DNA from: Pseudomonadota bacterium
Lineage (GTDB): Bacteria > Myxococcota_A > Bradymonadia > UBA4248
Reading direction: 5' to 3'
NCBI GenBank assembly: GCA_017421975.1
Contig: JAFOHE010000049.1
Coordinates: 1-47,999 of the forward strand
Length of the DNA: 47,999 nucleotides
Position numbers and translations under genes: made by a program. This document shows positions 44,523 to 47,999 of this stretch, one piece after another (positions within the stretch are counted from its first letter, which is position 1; every line of letters begins with the position of its first letter). Under the pieces are notes generated by a model. It was not told where the DNA came from, made no database searches, and saw only the letters and a list, made by a program, of their open reading frames with translations.

Positions 44523-46346
44523 TTAGTAGATAATCGTTTGCAATTTTGTCGGTGCAGTCGTCCACTCAAAATTATCGATGAGAACGAGGGAGTCTCGTTG
44601 GTGTCCCCACCCTGTCGTATTCTGTGGACGAGACGTGGTTGCTTCAAAATCGCCTGCATCAAAAACGATGAGATCAAGCGTAAATGTTTCGCCAGCCATG
44701 ATGGGGGACGAGGTCTGAAGCCAACGTGTTGCACCCGCAGTTTTCGTGTCCTGCACGTATGCCGAGACAGAACCGATGCCGTCTTCACATGTGCTGCATC
44801 CGACATCTTTTGTACAGGCAGTTTTGTCACATTCTGTAAAGAATGCATTGTTCACGGAAACGGGGTTGCCGTTGCTGTCAAACGAAATGTTGCGATCCTT
44901 AGGAATGTCTGGATGCTGCGAGTTGAGAAGTGCAAGGAAAAAGTCGTTGTAGTCGTTGCAGATATAGCCTGGATACTCTTTTGAGAAAAACTTAAATTTA
45001 AACTTGAAGCCAGCTGCATTGCTAGGTGCTTTCAGTTTGAGTCGAAGCATGATGGAATCATTGGCTTTCGTGCCGGAACGTGTGTTGTTGCAAATGGTGC
45101 TGACGGGGAGTTTTCCGCCATGGGCATCAAGATAGACTTGTGGTACATTAACTTCGCTGCCCATACAGTCTTTAGTGCTGGTGTTCTCTTTACCTTGGGC
45201 TTTGCCAGATGACAAAACCGCCATTGTGCTGCCTGACATGGGCGGCAAGGTGGCACCAAAGCGCGTACTGATGGACACTTGCTCCGCCGGCGAAATGTGT
45301 GTTGTCGAGCCGCAAAGTGTCGTATTACACGTTTTTTCCAGGGGGGAGCCGTCGGCGTGTAGAAGTTCTGCCTGAATCAGACCATACCCTTCGGTTGTTG
45401 AGGCCGTGCATATATCCATAGCCTGGGCCAGTTTTAAGGCGTCGGTTGACGTCACTTGGGCATTCGCAACTGGTTGATAAGTTGTGGATGAACACGTTGC
45501 TACGGGTTTCGGATTATCAATGATACCGTCACAATCATCGTCGATCTGGTTTCCTGTTTCATCAATGGCACCAGGATTGATCTTCGCAGGCTCATCGGCT
45601 TTGCATGTCAGATAGCTGTCGCAACAGTCACCTTGCGCGATTGTCCAGCCATCGCCATCTGCATCTTCGTTGATGCCCTCGTCGATGGCACCATCACAGT
45701 CATCATCGAGACCGTTGCCGATAATTTCTTGTCCGGGGGTCATTTCGCCTTTGCATTGGTAATCGTAATATCCACCCTCTTTACACGTGCGTGTTCCGGC
45801 GTGGCACACGCCTATGCCAAGTGTTGCAGGATTACCTGTGTAACAGGATTGTGTTTGGCCAGGGGTGCATTCGCATTCGTCGGAGAATGTTTCGCAACCA
45901 TCGAGTTCGTTGCCGTTACAGTCAACGTAATTATCTGCACAAATACAGGTAGAGGAAGCACAAACCATATTGTCTGCACAGTGATGTTCGCATCTGCCGC
46001 AGTTGCTCGTATTGTTTGTTGTATCAATACACAGCCCCTTGCATATTTTGGTACCATCCCCTGTACAATCGGGAACGCACATACCGTTCTTACAAAATGA
46101 AGTTTGACCTGTGCACTTGTGATTGGCTTGACCGCAATGATTGACGTCGGAACGAAAATCGACGCACGTACCGGCGGCGCATCCAAAGGGACAGCTGATT
46201 TGCTGACAAAGATCAACGGTCGTTTCCGGCTGATCGTTCTCTGACGGCTTGTTTGTTCCATTGGCGGTTTCCTCAGTCGTTGCCTCGCTACAGGCGTGGA
46301 ACAAAAAGGAAATAGCAAAAATCCAAAGCCAGTATTTAGGTTTCAT
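44523..46346 (-). CDS. Secreted Cys-rich protein with HCGxC and DDDCDG (MopE-like metal-binding) motifs and a C-terminal non-Cys domain (607 aa)
   Basis: Signal peptide MKPKYWLWIFAISFLFHAC. Motifs NHCGQANHKC, SNCGRCEHHC, GNGLDDDCDGAIDEG and GNQIDDDCDGIIDN. The C-terminal block FFSKEYPGYICNDYNDFFLALLN resembles choice-of-anchor-L-type domains; this is from memory and unverified. Confidence 0.8.
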   Translation of the reverse strand: MKPKYWLWIFAISFLFHACSEATTEETANGTNKPSENDQPETTVDLCQQISCPFGCAAGTCVDFRSDVNHCGQANHKCTGQTSFCKNGMCVPDCTGDGTKICKGLCIDTTNNTSNCGRCEHHCADNMVCASSTCICADNYVDCNGNELDGCETFSDECECTPGQTQSCYTGNPATLGIGVCHAGTRTCKEGGYYDYQCKGEMTPGQEIIGNGLDDDCDGAIDEGINEDADGDGWTIAQGDCCDSYLTCKADEPAKINPGAIDETGNQIDDDCDGIIDNPKPVATCSSTTYQPVANAQVTSTDALKLAQAMDICTASTTEGYGLIQAELLHADGSPLEKTCNTTLCGSTTHISPAEQVSISTRFGATLPPMSGSTMAVLSSGKAQGKENTSTKDCMGSEVNVPQVYLDAHGGKLPVSTICNNTRSGTKANDSIMLRLKLKAPSNAAGFKFKFKFFSKEYPGYICNDYNDFFLALLNSQHPDIPKDRNISFDSNGNPVSVNNAFFTECDKTACTKDVGCSTCEDGIGSVSAYVQDTKTAGATRWLQTSSPIMAGETFTLDLIVFDAGDFEATTSRPQNTTGWGHQRDSLVLIDNFEWTTAPTKLQTIIY

Positions 46347-46500
46347 TTTATCTCCAGAAAATTCTGTTGTACACGATCCCCCAGATCGCTCGCCTCAAAA
46401 ATGAGGTATGGAAAAATAGCGATTGGTTTTGCCAATGTCGAGTAAAAAGGCGTGCATTGGATGGGGGAGAATGCCTCTGTTTGTTTCGGAGAATGAGCGT

Positions 46501-47724
46501 ATGTACCAAAAAATATTGATTGCAAATCGTGCCGATTGTGCCATGCGGCTTATACGTGGTGTACATGAACTCGGAGCGAGTGCAGTCGTCGCTATGGCGA
46601 TGGATGACCCACTTACGCTCGTGCGCGGCGCTGCGGATGAAGTCGCGATGACAGGCGCTTCACGTGATGCGTTCTTAAATCCGACCAATCTCATCGAAGC
46701 GGCAAGACAACACCATTGCGAAGCGATATTGCCAGGATGGGGATTTCTGAGCGAAGACCCCTATTTTGCACAGCAATGTCGCCTCGCTGGTATCCATTAT
46801 ATAGGACCTTCGACACCACACCTTTACGTCTTTGGTGACAAATATGAAACGCTCCGTTTGCTCTCTCAACCGCTCGGCCTTGAACATCGTGCCATACGCT
46901 GTGATGATGGCGATTTTGAGACACGCCTTCGAACAGAGCCGATGGATGCATGGGTTCTGAAACGCCGTACGGGCGGCGGCGGCAAAGGCGTTTTCCCTTG
47001 CAGGAACAAAGACATTCTTTTGGATACACGTGCGCGTCTCATCTGTACCGAGCCCGCTTCGCAGTTTTATGTTGAACCGCTCATCGTGGGACGACACATT
47101 GAGTTTCAGCTCTTCGGGGATGGTGCCGGATGTGTCAAAGTCCTCGGCATTCGCGATTGTTCAGCGCAAAAACATTGCCAGAAATGGCTCGAACGACATG
47201 TCCCGTTTCAGGCCGAAGCGTGGCTCTTGCCCTTCGTCAAAAAGGTTGAACGCGTCTTCTCTGAATTACATTACCGCTCCTGGGGAACGCTCGAGACGCT
47301 CGTCGATGACAATGGTAATATACATTTGCTTGAAGTGAACCCTAGATTGCAGGTTGAACATGGCGTCACTGAAATGGCAACCGGAGTGGATCTTGTACAC
47401 ATGGCCATCAAATTGGCGTGTTATGGACAGTGCGACGAATTGAATCGTATGGCAAATGATGTGCCTAAGCCTGTCGATGTCGTCGAATATCGCCTGTTTG
47501 CTAATGCAACGGGGCCCGCTGTTATGCCTGCGTTTGAGGGGGCCGAGTGGCCAGATCATCCCTTCATGGCTGATCCCGATTATCGCCTCGAAACTGGGTA
47601 TATGCCAGGAGAGCGTGTGACTGGGGTGTATGATGGATTGATTGCGCGGTTTATTGTCCGCGGGGAACAAGGTACTGTCGATCAAAAATTGCGCCGTTGG
47701 ATCGGTGACATCCCGCTTGCGTAA
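46501..47724 (+). CDS. Divergent biotin-carboxylase-like ATP-grasp protein (407 aa)
   Basis: MYQKILIANRADCAMRLIRG...ILPGWGFLSEDPYFAQQCRLAGIHYIGP...GDK...KRRTGGGGKGV...IRDCSAQKHCQKWLE...LEVNPRLQVEHGVTEMATGVDLV parallels AccC motif by motif. However, the canonical ANRGEIA is changed and the protein is ~40 aa shorter than AccC. Confidence 0.8.
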   Translation: MYQKILIANRADCAMRLIRGVHELGASAVVAMAMDDPLTLVRGAADEVAMTGASRDAFLNPTNLIEAARQHHCEAILPGWGFLSEDPYFAQQCRLAGIHYIGPSTPHLYVFGDKYETLRLLSQPLGLEHRAIRCDDGDFETRLRTEPMDAWVLKRRTGGGGKGVFPCRNKDILLDTRARLICTEPASQFYVEPLIVGRHIEFQLFGDGAGCVKVLGIRDCSAQKHCQKWLERHVPFQAEAWLLPFVKKVERVFSELHYRSWGTLETLVDDNGNIHLLEVNPRLQVEHGVTEMATGVDLVHMAIKLACYGQCDELNRMANDVPKPVDVVEYRLFANATGPAVMPAFEGAEWPDHPFMADPDYRLETGYMPGERVTGVYDGLIARFIVRGEQGTVDQKLRRWIGDIPLA

Positions 47725-47734
47725 GTGAGCCTTC

Positions 47735-47839
47735 GCTATGGGCTGTGCCCATACGCTTCGGCCGGTCGGCTATTTTTCGACATGTCGAAAAATACGCCGA
47801 CCGCACACCGCTATGATGCAAAGCATCATACGCGGTGTG
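47735..47839 (+). repeat. Three tandem TAT/ATA-C core hairpins with covarying stems
   Basis: GC-TAT-GGGC-TGT-GCCC-ATA-C-GC (47735-47756). GGTCGGC-TAT-TTTTCGA-CATG-TCGAAAA-ATA-C-GCCGACC (47764-47802). CACACCGC-TAT-GATGC-AAA-GCATC-ATA-C-GCGGTGTG (47804-47839). Confidence 0.8.
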
Positions 47840-47999
47840 TTGTTTCATGCTGTTTTGCATCTTGGATTCTCAAGCTAAACATGACGATGTGGAAATATGC
47901 AAGTCCAGTTGTTCGTATGTTTTTATCTATACACGCAAAGTTTGTAGATAACGCATTATATAAAGCCCGTAGGGCTTTGGGCGAGTAGCCCCCGGCAAC

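Noticed and set aside
1-47999. Searched by eye for transposase, integrase, phage, toxin-antitoxin, restriction-modification, cas or reverse-transcriptase signatures that would mark a mobile or defence island
   Set aside because: No ORF shows DDE, tyrosine/serine recombinase, RT (YxDD), nuclease-helicase or Cas motifs. The accessory character of the window rests on repeats and Cys-rich surface proteins only.

Overview
This is a 48-kb chromosomal window of moderate GC content with no rRNA, CRISPR array, transposase or integrase. Housekeeping content: it opens inside tuf, followed by tRNA-Trp(CCA), secE, nusG and rplK-rplA-rplJ-rplL. rpoB/rpoC do not follow rplL. A strong terminator, a hairpin-repeat array and two orphan minus-strand genes sit there instead. 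Other recognisable genes are rplU-rpmA-obg (minus strand), a CinA-C/PncC amidase, a small MazG-like NTP pyrophosphohydrolase, pssA, a purine nucleoside phosphorylase, a thymidine/pyrimidine nucleoside phosphorylase, lon, a LysE-family exporter and a divergent biotin-carboxylase-like ATP-grasp gene. Accessory content: four secreted Cys-rich lipoprotein-like genes (917, 626, 71 and 607 aa; HCGxC and DDDCDG motifs); a 1415-aa fusion of two BcrAD/BadFG-type ATPase domains with a dehydratase-like region; a divergently arranged MoxR / DUF58 / BatA-like / vWA cluster with a Q-rich DUF4175-like membrane protein; a WYL-domain protein; an AT-hook-like winged-helix protein; and a 1191-aa protein with a histidine-kinase-like module between two TM segments and a roughly 800-aa C-terminal extracytoplasmic region. 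The Cys-rich motif types suggest a Myxococcota-like lineage, but that is inference only. The most unusual signal is non-coding. At least 16 hairpin elements, all outside the CDSs I call, share an invariant core (GC-TAT ... ATA-C-GC, with an unpaired C) while their outer and inner stems covary. Two longer composite versions (G6/C6 hairpin plus core) bracket one Cys-rich lipoprotein gene in inverted orientation. A 2 x ~160-bp tandem repeat carrying four CCTACATGT boxes lies upstream of another Cys-rich gene. All functional calls rest on motif recognition by eye; no database search was run.
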